A DNA stretch of 64,000 nucleotides from contig OZ281500.1 of the NCBI GenBank assembly GCA_965637545.1, positions 620,001 through 684,000 on the forward strand. The letters run 5' to 3'. The notes under the pieces are model-generated. The model saw only the letters and a list, made by a program, of their open reading frames with translations. It did no database searches and was not told the origin of the DNA. The DNA comes from Phallusia mammillata. Taxonomy: Eukaryota. Below are positions 36,800-51,117 of the stretch, in pieces; the first letter of the stretch is position 1, and the number at the start of each line of letters is the position of its first letter. A program made the position numbers and the translations under genes.

Positions 36800-38565
36800 G
36801 CTTAGTTAATAGCATGCTGTTTGAAAACATATTCGCGTATGTGGTAAACGTAAATTAAACACGACGCTAATACTAGTATGTTTTACAATTGGGAAACAGT
36901 GCTGAGACTGGGGAAGGCAAAATTAGGCGTTTTTAATTGAGTTTTGAAGTATTTCTGACATTCTGAAACAAATCTGCCAGTTTAATATCAGCTAAGCTTA
37001 TAGTCTATTATCCTTGCTGTATATTATGTTAAAATCGAAATCTCGATAAATAATTTTGTTTCTACGTTTATATTTCGAATTAAAAACGGTGTAAGGGGCA
37101 CCAAATTGTTTTAGTGCTTAGGGCCTCTAATGGTGTTAATCCGGCCCTGCGTGTCAGTAAAACTTTTGTTTCATGCGAAAACACTTCACTGCTGTTGCTT
37201 TGAAGTGCGTCACACCCTGTTGACATCACCATTTCTCATCCGGTTGTAGTGAGATGGTGAGACTTGATCACATATGATGACTAACCGATAAAGAGTTACA
37301 ACGCATGCAGGTGAAATCATCTTTCTACTACATTTGTTTTGTCTATCTTATGTCGCAATTAAATATGCTGGTTTCATTTTTACATTTGCAATCATTGCAG
37401 TTTATGCAAAAATAAATCCATGAGCTTAATAAATTTATGCAAACATTTGGTAAATGAAACGAAAAACGAAACTGCTTGGAATTATCCCGGGTTTGCAGTT
37501 ATTTTTATTCGTGTGTAATTAATCTTTCCGTATTCCTCTCACGCTATTCTTCCACGAACAACGTGCTTATTTTATTACGCAATTGCTGCATGATGGAACC
37601 TCCCTAATGCGAAGGAGATAACCTGCATGAAGAACACACAAGTTCGGGGAAAACTTCAAGTTAACTTCAAGTTTGTGGGCGAGGTCAATAATTTTTCTTT
37701 TTTTAATTGCACAGGAATAAGACAATTCGACATACTTCAACGTACTTCAACGTTTATGCACCTTTAGAACATTTGAAATACAACTTAGCTTAGTCGTTTT
37801 TGGTCACAGTGTTTTTAGAGTCTGTTTTATGTGCTTACAAGCTTTAAAACATGTTTTGTAAGTGAGTGGATAATATCTGCAAGATGTTCGCCGCAGTAAT
37901 TCTGTGTTTTTAGCCTCGCAAGCAAGAAAGCGGTATATGTCATGTACTACTTTAGTGAGCCTTCCATACGTGTCAGCAGTGCAGAATTAAATCAAGACCT
38001 AATGCTTCGAAAAATTACCCGAAATAGAAATATACCGTGCATGAGGTGAGTAAATTAGAGCAGAACGTGTAGCGACGAAGTGGTGCGCGTATAAAAGCCA
38101 ACCTCGATGTTCATGTGCACGTGTTGAGGGAACCTCAGACAACAAGTTGCAAACGGTGAAACATGTTGCTGTGATTCAGTGTCTCTCAGCTAAAAACATC
38201 GAACTACGCAAATGCAATTAAGAATCACCAACCTGTATCAAGTTGCGTGTTGCGTAACAGCCGAGTTTGTCAGGCAATATTGTTTCTCAGAAGTCTGTGA
38301 CTTGAGCACACCTATTGTTTTGTTGTCGGGTTGAGACTATTTCGCAGGGGCAAACAATGCATTTGGTAACACCAATAAGACGGATATAGTTATACAATGT
38401 TGAAAGGTTGGAGAACGTTGTATACTATAAAGTACACACCGATGGATGGAAGTTAAATCAGGAAAGGCATAGGTTTACGATACTACTATATGTCATCTAC
38501 AAGCTTTTTTTTCTACTTTAAGATCATTTATTTCCAAGATAATTGAAATTGAAGCATTCTATAAC

Positions 38566-40753
38566 ATGAAAGTTTTTCTGTGTCTGCTGCTTGGTCTGGC
38601 ATTTGCGAGAAGTTCAATGCAATCCCACTTGGATTTGGAGACCGAAATAAATCGATGTGGCTTTGCTCCCGGTTACCGACCTGGAAACGAAACCTTCCAA
38701 CTACATTGTTGCAACGTCAGTGAAACCAACATGCTCAAAAACTGGAAGAAAGGTTCCTTATACCTCACGACGTATTTGCTCAACTTAAAATCGTGGCAAT
38801 GTCCTCAGTTCGCCAACGAATGCAATAAACCGACTTTCGATTTTAATCCGTTTTCAAAAACAGTTTATCTCTACTTTTGCAACCAAATAGAGTTTGAAAG
38901 TTCATGTCAGAGCGAAGTGTCACGTCTTCTTCCACAGGACACGCCGGTCAGTTCGTTGACGTGGCAAGCGATGGTTGGTCAGCTCGACTCGTCACGTCTT
39001 AACATCGAGCAACTTTTGCGACCCTGCACTCAACTCGCCTTGTTCGAGAAGGAAAGATCCGATGAGAAGTTTGGCAAATATCACGAGGCTGTCGCACCGA
39101 ATTTGCCTTTCTGTGAACTCAACTGGTGCGGAACGGATGACGCGTCATACCGGAACGACGTGATTGACATCTGGAACTGCATGAGCGCTAGGTATACTAC
39201 CTTACTTGCTAAAAATTCCTACAATTAAAGTACAAATATAGACACATTGGTTTTGCATTTACAGATGCCGTGCCAACATTGTTATCATTTTCATTGGGTT
39301 AATCATCCTGTCCATCGCCATCATAACAGCCAACGTCACAGTGATTGCAGTATTTCGTCGCAACAAAAAACTCCGGAACAGCCAGTCTGTTTACAAGCTG
39401 TCATTGGCCTGTGCTGACCTCATCGTTGGTGTGATAGTTGTTCCAACTTTCGTAAGTACACTTGGAGTGCTCATGTGGCCGTCAGTTAAAGCAGCTGTGG
39501 ATACTAAAGTGATTGGATTCCAACTTGTCAATGGAAGCTTGCACAACACCTCAACCATTGCCTCATACCAAAAACCAACCGGGTATTTAGCAACACATCT
39601 TACACGGGGTTACGTAGGCTTTGTTGGCTTCTTTACCCTCACGTCGTTCGTAGTTTCAGCTTACACTCTAATGGTCGCAAGCATCGATCGATTTAGAGCA
39701 GTTTTCAGGCCTTTAAGGTACAACCGACACGAAGCCGAGAAGCTTGCCCGTAGTTTGAGCATCGTCATATGGATCATCAGTTTTATATTTGCAAGTCTTC
39801 CACTTTATGTGCCAGGACTCAACTACAGTCTCATCGCTTCTGTGCTGATCGCATCGTCAGGTTCGGATGAGGTTGTTGTCCTTTACGCCGTCGCTATCGG
39901 AATCCCGCTCATAGTGGTGTGGGTCACAACTACATCAACGTATGTAATGGCGAGAAAACATGCGAGAAAGCGAAAGAACATCTCGACCTCTTCACACGAT
40001 CGTAACAAGAACATGGAACAACGACTTGTCAAAACTCTGGCCATCATGGTTGGTGTTTTCACGTTGAATCTCCTTCCTGCTATTATTGTCCTTGTTGCTT
40101 CGATCGGTTCAAGCAACATTAGTTTCTCGAAACCGAAGCAACTTGATTTGATACCAGGATCGATTTACGCTTCGTCGGAGTTTGTGGCAATAGTCGTGCT
40201 GGCTTCCAACAGTTTGTGGAACATGTTCATCTACAACGCAAGGAACAAGGATTTTCAGAATGTAGCTGACAGCATGTTTGAGGGAATCAAATCCACCCTG
40301 GGAATAACCAGATGTTTGCACCAGATTCGAAGTTCGTGCGGCTCCACCAAGCGGAGGTTGTCTAGTACAGGAGGAACAGTCTCATCCCCTTCCACCAACT
40401 CAACCGGTCTGTCATCGAAAAAAACCACCTCCTCTCAGAAGTTTTCATCAACCAGCCCAACGCAAAGCAAAACGATGAAAAGCTCAACATACAGCAGTTC
40501 CGCTATTGATGAAGAAAGCGTTAACCAATCCGAAGGCAACAGGAAAATAAAACAGGCACATAGTGCGACATCTGCCGACTGCGATGTAAACTCCAACACG
40601 AAATTGCCGACTAATAATGAGTCAGCACAACTGAGCGACAAGTCGGAAAGTGCGATGGCAGATTCAGTGTTCGATTCTTATGTGATCGATGTTAATGCTG
40701 ATCGGTTGTTCGTTTCAACCATGGAGGGAATCGCGGAGGAGAATGAAGTTTAA
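38566..40753 (+). CDS. GPCR-3: 12-Cys ectodomain + class A 7TM, 2 exons
   Basis: Exons 38566-39191 and 39265-40753, with a 73-nt phase-2 intron. SIDRF; ASNSLWNMFIYNARNKDF; C-terminus identical in protein to GPCR-2. Confidence 0.92.
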
Positions 40754-42121
40754 AGACTCACACTCTGTATTTATTGTTATGCGACCGACCTTTTTGGCGT
40801 GTTTCTACACGAAAAACCAATAAAACAGTTTTCATTAAAACGGGGCATCTTAATTGAAATATACCGACGGTTTGAGGTCAATAGAAATAGTGTGCTGGTT
40901 CAAAAAACAGATGATTGTCTTGTTTAGGCTTTTACAAATTTGTCCGACATAAAGTGTAAATTAGAAATGGTTGCATATCTTTTTCCCGTTTCATATTTAT
41001 GTCATAGGTTGCTCTTCACGTAAAAAGGAACGAAGAGTGTGACCAAAACGTCACGTAGATTATGTCATCAACCTTTAGCGGTTTACTAGAGAAGCGGATG
41101 TAAGTTACGCCATATAACAATGGGCAGTGTGACGTCACCTTTACGCAATACACGAGTTAGAAAAATTGCGGCAGGAAACTGAAATTTTCACCAACGCGCG
41201 TCAGATGGTGTAAAGCAACTTCTAATTATGACGCCCGTTGTCACGCCAACGCCGGAAGATTAATGGCGGAAACGGAAAGTCTATTAATATAAGTTTTCAG
41301 TTAAACTGCTCGTTAGTAAACTGTTGTTTAGATATTTTTGCTGTGCCCTTAAAAGGTGCTTTGAAACTTTATGAAATGATCTACTTTGCACCAGTGCTTA
41401 TTTATAGATGACACTCACCACAAACATTACATGATAATCTATGTTTGAATTATGTCAACTGATCTGGCATAGTTTTAAAAATCTGTGTTATTCTCAACAT
41501 TTGCATCTTTACCGATAATGTTAATTAGCAATGGATTATGTTGCATTGTTACTGGTTTTACATTTATATGTTTGCTTGTTGTTTTCACAACCATCGTGTG
41601 TAATGTTGTGGCATTTAATATTTCTGTGCGCGGGCTCCACTTCGCGCCAAAACAGTTCGAGCAATGACGGGTGTTTGACGTCACATATAAAGCATGTCAT
41701 GACGTGTAAAGCGTGACAGGGCCGCGCTTGTTGCATCGGAAACTGACTTAGTAATAAAAAGTGGCATAATGCGAATACTCAAGACGCCTGCCAAGACGCG
41801 AACCAAACGAGCTGCGCGGGTTTGTATAGCGGAGCTGATTATCGTGCAGCGGTTGTTTTGCGAAATTCGGTTTACATTAAAGTTTGACAGCAGTGTTAAA
41901 AATGTTGTGTTGTTTAGTTTTCTTTGTGTATTTGAATAAAACAGTGGCAGAAATAGATTTGCTAATAGGTTTAAGCACGATATAAAATTTTGAATCTTTG
42001 TTGTAACTTGCTTCTACGAAAAAACCCCTAAACCTGGTTTTGTCTGTCTAGAAAGTTAAACTGAACATTGATTTACTAATATCGTGCAAAACTGAAACTA
42101 AACTTGAACAAGATAAACGCT

Positions 42122-44826
42122 ATGTGGTTTGCAAATCACTTTGCATTTACGATTTTCGCCTGCATACTGTTCACTCTCGGGTGCGCGCAGATTGATGGCA
42201 ATTCCACTTCTGAAGGGCCGCAAGTGAAATGCCGTTATGTGCCTGGAATGTATCTTGGAAGCCGTCAGCGCGAGTTAGAGTGTTGCAACTCAACGGTGGA
42301 GTATTTCGAATCTCGTTGGGCAACCGGCGAACTATTCCTCACTCGGTACCTTGGATCTCTACAAGCATGGAAATGTCCGCAATTTGAAGTCGAGTGCCAG
42401 AAACCAACTTTCGCTTTTACTGAGTACACCAAACTCGTGTACGATTACTTCTGCAACCGCACACAGCTTGTGAACAAATGTATGGACGTTGTAAATGATA
42501 TTGTGGAGAATACAGCAACTGAGTCACTCCAAACTACCCAGCCTGTTGTTATTGCAAGCACAAGTTTGGAAGGTTCAGGGAATGTTCCAATGGTCGTGGA
42601 TGACAAATGGAACTCCTCTGTGGAACAGTTGAGACTTCTGCCTTTAGGAGTCGAAGATCTTATGAAACCTTGTGTACAAGTCGCTCTGTTTGATTCAGAG
42701 CCGGAGAAAGTAAACAACTACCACGAGATTGTCCACGCTGATATACCGGGATGCGACCTTGTGTGGTGCGGGATTGATGGAGATGTTGCGAGGAGCAGTC
42801 AGATCACAGCGTGGACTTGCATGAAACCTCAGTAAGTATTCGCTGTGAAACGTATGAGGTAAATGTTACTAACTAAACATGTATAATCATCTTTACACTT
42901 CTGATCAAAGCAGATTGTATAGAAATGCAGCACCAAAATTATGCTAAAAATTTAAATGTCATTCACGTCAATATAGTTTACTTTTAGAAAAAAGGGCTTC
43001 CAGTTTAGGCAATCCACCATCTTATTAATAGCAAAGCATAAATCCGTGCAAAATATTCGATATTTTCGTGCTGCATCATCATAAAATGTGTTGACTCAAA
43101 CATGTTGATGCTAAATAATATGTTAATTAAACGACGAAGAGATGTTGTTGTTGCTTGCAAAGTTTTTAAAAAGTAGGATAGTCGCAAAAAATATTCGTTA
43201 CATTACAGAATTATTTTACTATAACTATAGTAAAATTGATTGATTGAACTTTTTGTTGTGTTTAACAGATGTCGATCTGGGATTACGGTGATCATGGTTT
43301 TCTGTGCCTTACTTGCTCTCATCGTCACTGTAGCAAACCTAACTGTTATAGTTGTGATATTTCGTAATCCGGCAATTCGACACAGCCAGGCAATTTACAA
43401 GCTGTCCCTTGCCTTCGGTGATATTCTGGTTGGGCTGATTGTATTTCCTACGTTTATATCAACTTTCACCAAGCTTACTTTGACGCCTCACCCACACGGC
43501 AGTCTCGAGACAGTCCAGGGATACAATATATATAGTAACGGGACAGTGGCTTCTAATCTTTCGGATTTTATGTATCGTAAACCGGGAGGCGCCACTGCCA
43601 CACTCTTGGGCGAAGCCTACATAAACTTTGTAGGGTTTTTCACCACTTTGTCACTGATGGTTTCGATCTATACTCTCACAGTGGCTGGATTTGATCGACT
43701 CACGGCCGTGTACCGACCTCTGCAGTACAGAAAGGACAAAGCAAAGATTCTTGCCAAAAAAATATGTGCGGGAGTTTGGGTCTGTTCTGTTTTCTTCGCA
43801 ACTTTGTCCTTCTATGTCCCCGGTCTGCAATACAACCTCATCGTGTCATTCCTGATTTCATGCGGCGGCTCAAATGCTCTAATCCTGTACGCCTTAGCTT
43901 TTGCTGTCCCGATGATTATTATGTGGGTTGTCTCCTTAGCAACATATCACTCGACACGGAAACACGCCCAGGCACGTCGGCATCTCACCAAGGATTCAAG
44001 GCACAAGACGAGGTCGGTGGAAAACAGGCTGGCTCGTACTCTCTCACTCATGGTGGGAGCTTTCACTGTCAGTCTCCTTCCTGCTCTGGTAGTTCTGCTG
44101 GTTCCTTTGTTTACTGTCAGCGTCTACTTCAGTCGTCCAAGAGATTTCAGTTTGTCATCTGCATCCGCTTTTGTCGCTGTTGAGTTCACCGCCATGTTAA
44201 TCATTGTCTGCAACAGCTTGTGGAACTTTTTCATTTACAGTGCGCGCAACCTGGAATTCCGTCGCGTCGTCAAGGTCATGTACAAAGACATCGCTGAGAA
44301 GACCAAGCTGGCGTGGTGCTGGGATTCGACAGTCATTTGCACTCGCCGGGTGGCGCACGAGGGCGCAAGAAGATTCTCGAACATACCAAGTCTTAGCAAC
44401 AGCACAGCAGGAGGAAGAAAGAAGAGCCTTGCATCCGAGCTGACATCCACAACAAAATTGCGACGCGAGTCCAACACTATCACCAACCAGACCACGTCAC
44501 GAGGCGTATTGTCGTCTGACGTCATAAAGAGTTCTGATGCGTCACACTCGAGCACACAGGACACAATGAGCAAGACGAATTTGGAGAGCTCAACTGTTGT
44601 GGAAAGTAAGGGAAAGATTTACAAACCAAAGTATGCGAAGAATCCGAAGATAAAAGGTGGGAAGAAGGAAGAGGACGGCAAGGATGCCAGTGATGACTCG
44701 ATTTTCAACTCGTTTGCGATCGACGCGAATGCAGACAGACTCTTCCTCTCTGTGATGGAAAACATTGATGAGGGAATTGAAGAACCAGAAAACAACAAAG
44801 AGAAATACGAGCAGAGCAAAGCCTGA
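42122..44826 (+). CDS. GPCR-4: 12-Cys ectodomain + class A 7TM, 2 exons
   Basis: Exons 42122-42831 and 43269-44826 (CA|gtaagt...aacag|A TGT). GFDRL; VCNSLWNFFIYSARNLEFR; tail contains FNSFAIDANADRLFLSVME. Confidence 0.92.
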
Positions 44827-47800
44827 AGCATCCTTACCCTTAAGTTGGGTTCGATTTTATATGAGAATGCAGCACAACATTCCAGCTGAGGCCACCACGA
44901 GAAGATATTTTCTTCACACATTGAGTGATGTCGTTGGACAAACAGAAAAGTCTTTTGGTTGCTCCATATTGTAAAGGCCTTACAACGTAATATCTTTTTT
45001 CGATTTTTTTTGTACAGGTCTTTTAAAAAAGTAAAATGTTTCTACAGCCTTAGTTCCCACTGTATTTTAACCCACTGTATATCATGACGTGAGCGACTTC
45101 CTACATGACAAACTGCTTATTTGTCACATGAAGTTTCGATCTTGTTTCCTGTTGCGTTTCGGTTTCCGTCAATATTAAACAGCTTTGTTCCAAAAAAATC
45201 TTGTGCTGATTGTGAAACTGGCTAAGATGTCAGTTGTCAGAGTTTGAAAAGTTACCTTAATTTTTCTGGTTTATCTGGTATAAAAACAAATTGGCATTTC
45301 AAAACACTTTATAAACTAGCTGTAGTCTATTATGGTGGATAAACGGTGTATACACTTCAGACTCCTTAAAGTTTTCAGGCTTAAAGTTTTCAGGATTGTA
45401 ATTACAATAGACATTTAAACAAATTCCATGTTCACTCTGTAATTCTGTAGTTGCAATTGTAGACTTAGATTAAACGTTTCCAACTAGTGTAAAATATACA
45501 AGCATGAATGTCGTTAATTGTCATTAACACAACTCATGATGCATGTCATTGGGTTTGCTTAAACGACTTTATATATATATATATATATCTTCTCCTCATA
45601 GCCAAACTTAAAAACAGCAAAGCAGAAACTATTTTGTACATGACATGACACATAACTGCCCTGCTGCTGAAAAAAATGGTAGACAAACCAAATTAGACAG
45701 GCGGCTGCAAAGATTGTTTACTTCGGCAAATCAAGTCAATCGTCAACAAATATCTCAAAAATGTTTAAGAATTTTTGCTGGTTCATTGTGGTTTAGATAA
45801 AACTGTTGTTTATTTGCTTACATAGGTATAAATATACTTCACTCGTCGCAAAACAACCGCTGGAATGAAGCACTAACAACATCCGGGACTGCGATTTTGG
45901 CGCATTAAATAAATAAGTTGTAGTTGTCTAATGTCTTGCTAAACTTTAAACGTTTTTTTATGCTAACATGTTTATGTGTATGATAAACACTGCGGAGAAA
46001 AGGCAAAATGTATTGCTTTCTTAGTTTAACGATTTGTTGTATTTCTCGTTGGATATTACGTTGCAGGTATTCCGAGGAAAGTTATCAAACTTTTAAACGC
46101 TACTTTTGTAACTTAAGTTTTGTTTATCATGCGGAACAATGGCTTGTTTGGCTGATTAAATCTTGTATACCAGACTAGTTGGAAAATGTTGAGATGCATT
46201 CAGTTGCATGAATGTTTCTTGGCAACAAAAAAAACAAAAACTGGATTTTTATGTTTTGTCTCAAGCATGTTCTTTGCTGAATTTACAGGTAAGCTGATTG
46301 CTTGTATGCTGTGTGATCTACCAAAGAGTGAAACATGATAAAATTGTCATGTCACCAAATTGAAGAAACAATAGTCCACCTGTTATAGTCTACTCATGTG
46401 ACAATAAAACGTATGAACAGTTATAAAGATGTGTTAAAAAGTATTATTTATTGGATTAGCAAATGTTATAAATTTAGTTCAGTATTATACATGTCAAATT
46501 TAAATGTTGTTGTTAAAGTGGCTTTTTATTTCTGCATGTAAATATGAAAAGGGTTTTGTAACTATTTACTTTTACAAAAAAGGTATTTAGGCTAATTTAG
46601 TTTTGCTCTACCACAACCAGTTGCAGACCCATTGGATATGTTAAAAAGTAATGCATTAAAAAGACTGTCATGTTTTTGGTGTAACTAACACTTTACAAAA
46701 TCATAAATTTGTATCAACAAAATTTGTGCTTTACAAGAAATCTCATTAAATATGTAAATTTGTAAGACAATATATATATATATATATATATGTTTTAAGA
46801 TCAGGTGGTTGGACAGATGCCATTACTGGAAATTTGCAGAAAGCAGGAACCGTACAGTTTTGCTCATTGAGACGAAAATGGACATTTACAACAGAGACCA
46901 ACATCAATGCAAATTTGCTGCTACTGTACATCTCTTTACATGGCCAATGTAAGTGCAAATGTTTCCATAATACCATTTAAACACAAAACTCTATGTTGAA
47001 CTGTGTTGTGTCTTTATGTCAGCTTCAATTAATTTGTCCTGTTTTGTCTGTTGAGGGTGCTATTTTTAAATCATCTGGCAAATAAGAGGCCAATGGGACA
47101 GAAAAGATTATGGAACACAGCTTTAGTGTAACCAGTATCTTTTTGAGCTTGTAAGTTGCAACCTTTAATTTTTTGTGATTTTTTTTATACCCCTTGTTAC
47201 TTGAATTCAGCTATTGACAGGAATTGTGAACAAAAATTGTAAAAACTGGTTTTAAAGCGGTACTGTAATCAATGTCTCTAGTGATTTGGTTCAATATAGT
47301 GTTTTTATACTTTGTTGTGTTTTATCTGTTTAAAAAAAGCAGATGCCAGATCAATGAGTTACATGAATAATATTCCATGATATTAATCGACTGATTCCAT
47401 TACTCAGAAAGTATTTTTTGTTCTTGCCTGTTTTAAATTTAAGTTAACAGTTTTTACTGTATTTTACATATTACATTTATATATATATATATATCCACAG
47501 CCACAGGTTAGACAGATTTATTACTTTAAAAAGACAACACATTGGACAAATCTATCTTGGACTTTTTTATATATTGATTGGTTGTTTCAGGACTAAAATG
47601 TGATAATCCACCAGATTGCCATAATATAATTTTACTACTGTTTAAAAAGCAAAATAGAACCCCCAGGGGCCCGCGAAGTGCTCTTGGTGGGTTTGCGACA
47701 GCTTCTTAATTCGCACAATCTGAGATTGATCAATCACAACTTTAAAAAATGCTTTGGTATTTTAAAATAACTTGAAATTTGAAAACATTGCTTATAGATA

Positions 47801-48503
47801 AACCCAAATACATTGTGACATTTTAACCCATTGTGATGCAACAGAGGTAAATCAGTTGGGATTTTATGCACCATGTGTTGGTTGCTTGTTAATGAAAAAA
47901 GGTCAAAAATAGCTGAAACTTAAGGGGTCCGCAACTACATTTCAAAAAGGGTCTGCAAAAGCCAAAAGGTTGAGAACCACTGCTTTGGACTTTCCTTCTG
48001 ATGTGTGTGTGTGTGCCCATAAGCCTACACAGACATACTGCTTAGTATTTTTACCCAAGTTAGTGACCTTTTAGCACTCTGGAGTTGTCCTTTGTCAGTG
48101 TTATTCATCAACAGTTTTACAACAGATGATATTTGGTTTATTTGCTGAACAGTGTAGGGAATACTCTGGCTACCTTTTGTAAAGACTTAACTTGTCTTTT
48201 GACTGAGCTTTGGGTGAACCATGTGAGATTTCTGTTGACCTTGACCCTAAAACTCATATCTAAGTCTGTGGCACAACTACAGTTGTCATACAGTATTTGA
48301 ATATTATTTGCATTTTATACAGGATTGAATATTATTTGCAATGCTTACAGATACAATATAATGAAAAAAAAATGCATGGAAAAGACAGGCAACCCAAAAC
48401 AGAAACTAAGTAGAACATAAACCAAAATAAATGAGATACACACTGCTTTAAAACAAGATACAAGTTTAATCATATAAGTAATTTGTGTCACAAGGTTGTG
48501 TGG

Positions 48504-51117
48504 TTACATGGCTGTGTTTGTATTATCATGATCAGTTGTGTCAGTCCTGTAGTTAGTTGTCGCTTCAAGATGAATGGCGTCATCGTTGCTGGTTGTAAGT
48601 CTGTCTTCCTCTTCTGGTGACCATTTTATCAGCATTTTGCATAGTCTTTGCATTCCGAGCCTTCCTGCACAGGACGTGTACATGTTGATTGTTGCCCTAC
48701 GGAATTCCTTGTCCCTTGCGCTGTAAATGAAGCAATTCCACAGACTGTTGCACATCAGGATAAAAGCGGTCACAGCCTCTGCCGAGTTAAACGCCACTGC
48801 TGACGATTGTACGAGGTTGTCGGGGTCAGACAGGTAAATGTGGGGCAGAAAGAAGCTTGTAACCATGACAACAACTGCGGGAAGGAAGCTTAACGTGAAC
48901 ACGCCGACCATCACGGCTAGTGTCTTGGCCAGATTTGCTTCGGTTCGACTTTGTCGTTTTGTGGTCCCTGTCGGACAGATGCTCTTCCAGTGAACGAGAT
49001 ATCTTCGCGCAAAGCAATATGACGCGACACCCATTGTCCACATCGCTATAAGTGGCACTGCAAACGCTACAATGTAAAGGATAAGTGCTTCTCTGCCCAC
49101 CGACGAAACTAGTATTGATGCAACGAGTCCGTAGCGAAGATCACTGACAAACAGGGGTAGAACCGCCATCAGTATGGACAAAAGCCAAATTACCAACACC
49201 GGTATTAGAGCCTTGGGCATTGTCGATTTTGCGTTGTATTGAACAGGTCTTCGTAACGCATAACAGCGGTCTGCACCTGCAGCCACTAGTGTGTACACAG
49301 ACACACAAACTGACAATATTGTCCAAAAACCCACAAAGTCAATATAACTGCGCGGAAGCCGAGCTTCGAACAGTCCTCCAGCGCCTCTAACGGTCGACTG
49401 CTCTTCCAGCAAGTTTCCGTTGACAGCAACATATCCGGTTACGTTCGTAAGTGCGCCGACCGAATGTTTTATATGAAATTTGTTGTAGAGCGAACTTGCG
49501 AACGTCGGGAATACGATCATTCCCACCAGAAGGTCACCGAGTGCAAGGGATATGCGGTAGATTGCCTGATTGTGTAGAATCCTTGAGTGAAGTAACGCTA
49601 CAATCACTGTCGCGTTAGCTGCTGTTGTCATCACGGCAAATATCAATGAGATCGCCATCATGGCAATTATGCCTCCTCTGCAACTGTGGATATGCGAACA
49701 ATGTAAAAAATACGATAACTAATTCCTCAAGCAACGCCATAACCTTGCCTTTTCCTTTTATCAATACTAGATCTATAGGGCATGTTTTTTATATATATGT
49801 TTCGCTTTGATGGCGTCGTATTTATTAGTGATGTACCGAATCGGCTAAATTTCGATTCGGCCGAAACCGAATATTCGCCGGTTTTGCCGAATAAATTCGG
49901 CCGAATCAACCGAATCATTTATGACGTCACGCAAAGTCGTACGTTACGCGTTTGACGTGAAAAAAATGTTTATCTACCAGGCAGCCAGTGCAAAATAGTT
50001 GTGTTTCGTCCTTATTTCACTTCTGTGGGGTTTAAAATTGCCTTAAGCATGATTGGCAACCTGCCAATGAATTACTAATTTTTTTGACTACCGTGGGAAA
50101 AACGATAATGTGTTGAATAAGATAAACATTGACGCAATTTTCGTTATGTTTGGGCTTTTGAAAGATTGCGTGGACCTTAATAAGCAGAAAAGACACGTTT
50201 AACGCTTTAAATTTGTGTTCGTAAAAGATTCGGTTTCGGCCGAATCGCAACAAATTATTCGGCCGAAACCGAATCTTTGCAAAAATGATCGATTCGGCCG
50301 AATAAATTCGGCAAACCGAATATTCGGTACATCTCTAGTATTTATTACCAGTGGCTAACGTCCAATCAAATCATCTTTTCACGGCGCAGTGCGTTTATTA
50401 GCCAAAAAAGGCTGTTGCGTTTGTGGGTGAGGATATCCTAATTATACCGGGCATTTTGCTATACACCTGAAGGTACTCGTTATATAGAAGTAGTACAGAA
50501 GTGGCGACGAACCTGTTTGGCATGCAAGTCCACACCGATACGCGTCCAGCCTCAACGACGGAGTTATCAAACCCACACCACAGAAAATCGCAAAACGGAA
50601 CCAATGGTTCGATCACTTCGTGGTAATTTCCAAATCCACCTACTTCATACATTGCCGCTTGCACGCAAGGCTCTGCTAGCTGTGATGATGTGAGACTTGA
50701 TGGTTTTAGTTTTGAAATCGAGGATGTCCAGTTGGTGTTGATTTGGTTGGCAGCAGATGTAACAATTGGTAAACATTGCGATTCGAATAAAGTTTGGTTG
50801 CAAAATTTCTTGTAGGTCAATCTTGCGAATTCGTTGTATGCAAAGGTTTGAATGCTACACTCTCGTTCAAACTCGGAACAATTCCATGTTTGTAGTGTAT
50901 TTAGAAACGTTGTGAGATAGGAGCGTCCCCACGACCATTCATACTTGAAGTTTTCATACACAACCGAGCAGCAGCGGTTCTTTTCTTCATTAGAAGGAAA
51001 TATAAAATTTGGTGCAAATTCGCATGTGCTATTGTCGGTGGTCCTTGCAGCTATTAATGTCGGCATTAAACATTCAAAGCATAGAACCAAAAAGACTGCT
51101 GAACTTGTATATTCCAT
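48504..51117 (-). CDS. GPCR-5: 12-Cys ectodomain + class A 7TM, 2 exons
   Basis: Exons 51117-50513 and 49683-48504 (AG|gttcgt...ccacag|T TGC). GADRC; MCNSLWNCFIYSARDKEFR. Confidence 0.9.
49826..50337. mobile_element. hAT-type MITE in GPCR-5 intron
   Basis: TIRs TAGTGATGTACCGAAT / ATTCGGTACATCTCTA; exact TSD GTATTTAT at 49818-49825 and 50338-50345; dense CCGAAT/ATTCGG subterminal repeats. Confidence 0.92.

Larger units (their letters stand above)
35679..37149. mobile_element. Non-autonomous hAT element (1471 bp) hosting two nested MITEs
   Basis: TIRs CAGTGCTGGATTAAC / GTTAATCCGGCCCTG (2 mismatches in 15); exact TSD CGTGTCAG at 35671-35678 and 37150-37157. Confidence 0.85.

Noticed and set aside
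45571-47492. (TA)n microsatellites and gene-free AT-rich stretch between GPCR-4 and GPCR-5
   Set aside because: Ordinary simple repeats and 3' or intergenic DNA, with only a partial MITE end near 47980 and no coding signal.
49826-50337. CRISPR-like regularly recurring CCGAAT/ATTCGG motifs
   Set aside because: These are subterminal repeats of a TIR/TSD-bounded eukaryotic MITE, with no constant repeat-spacer periodicity.
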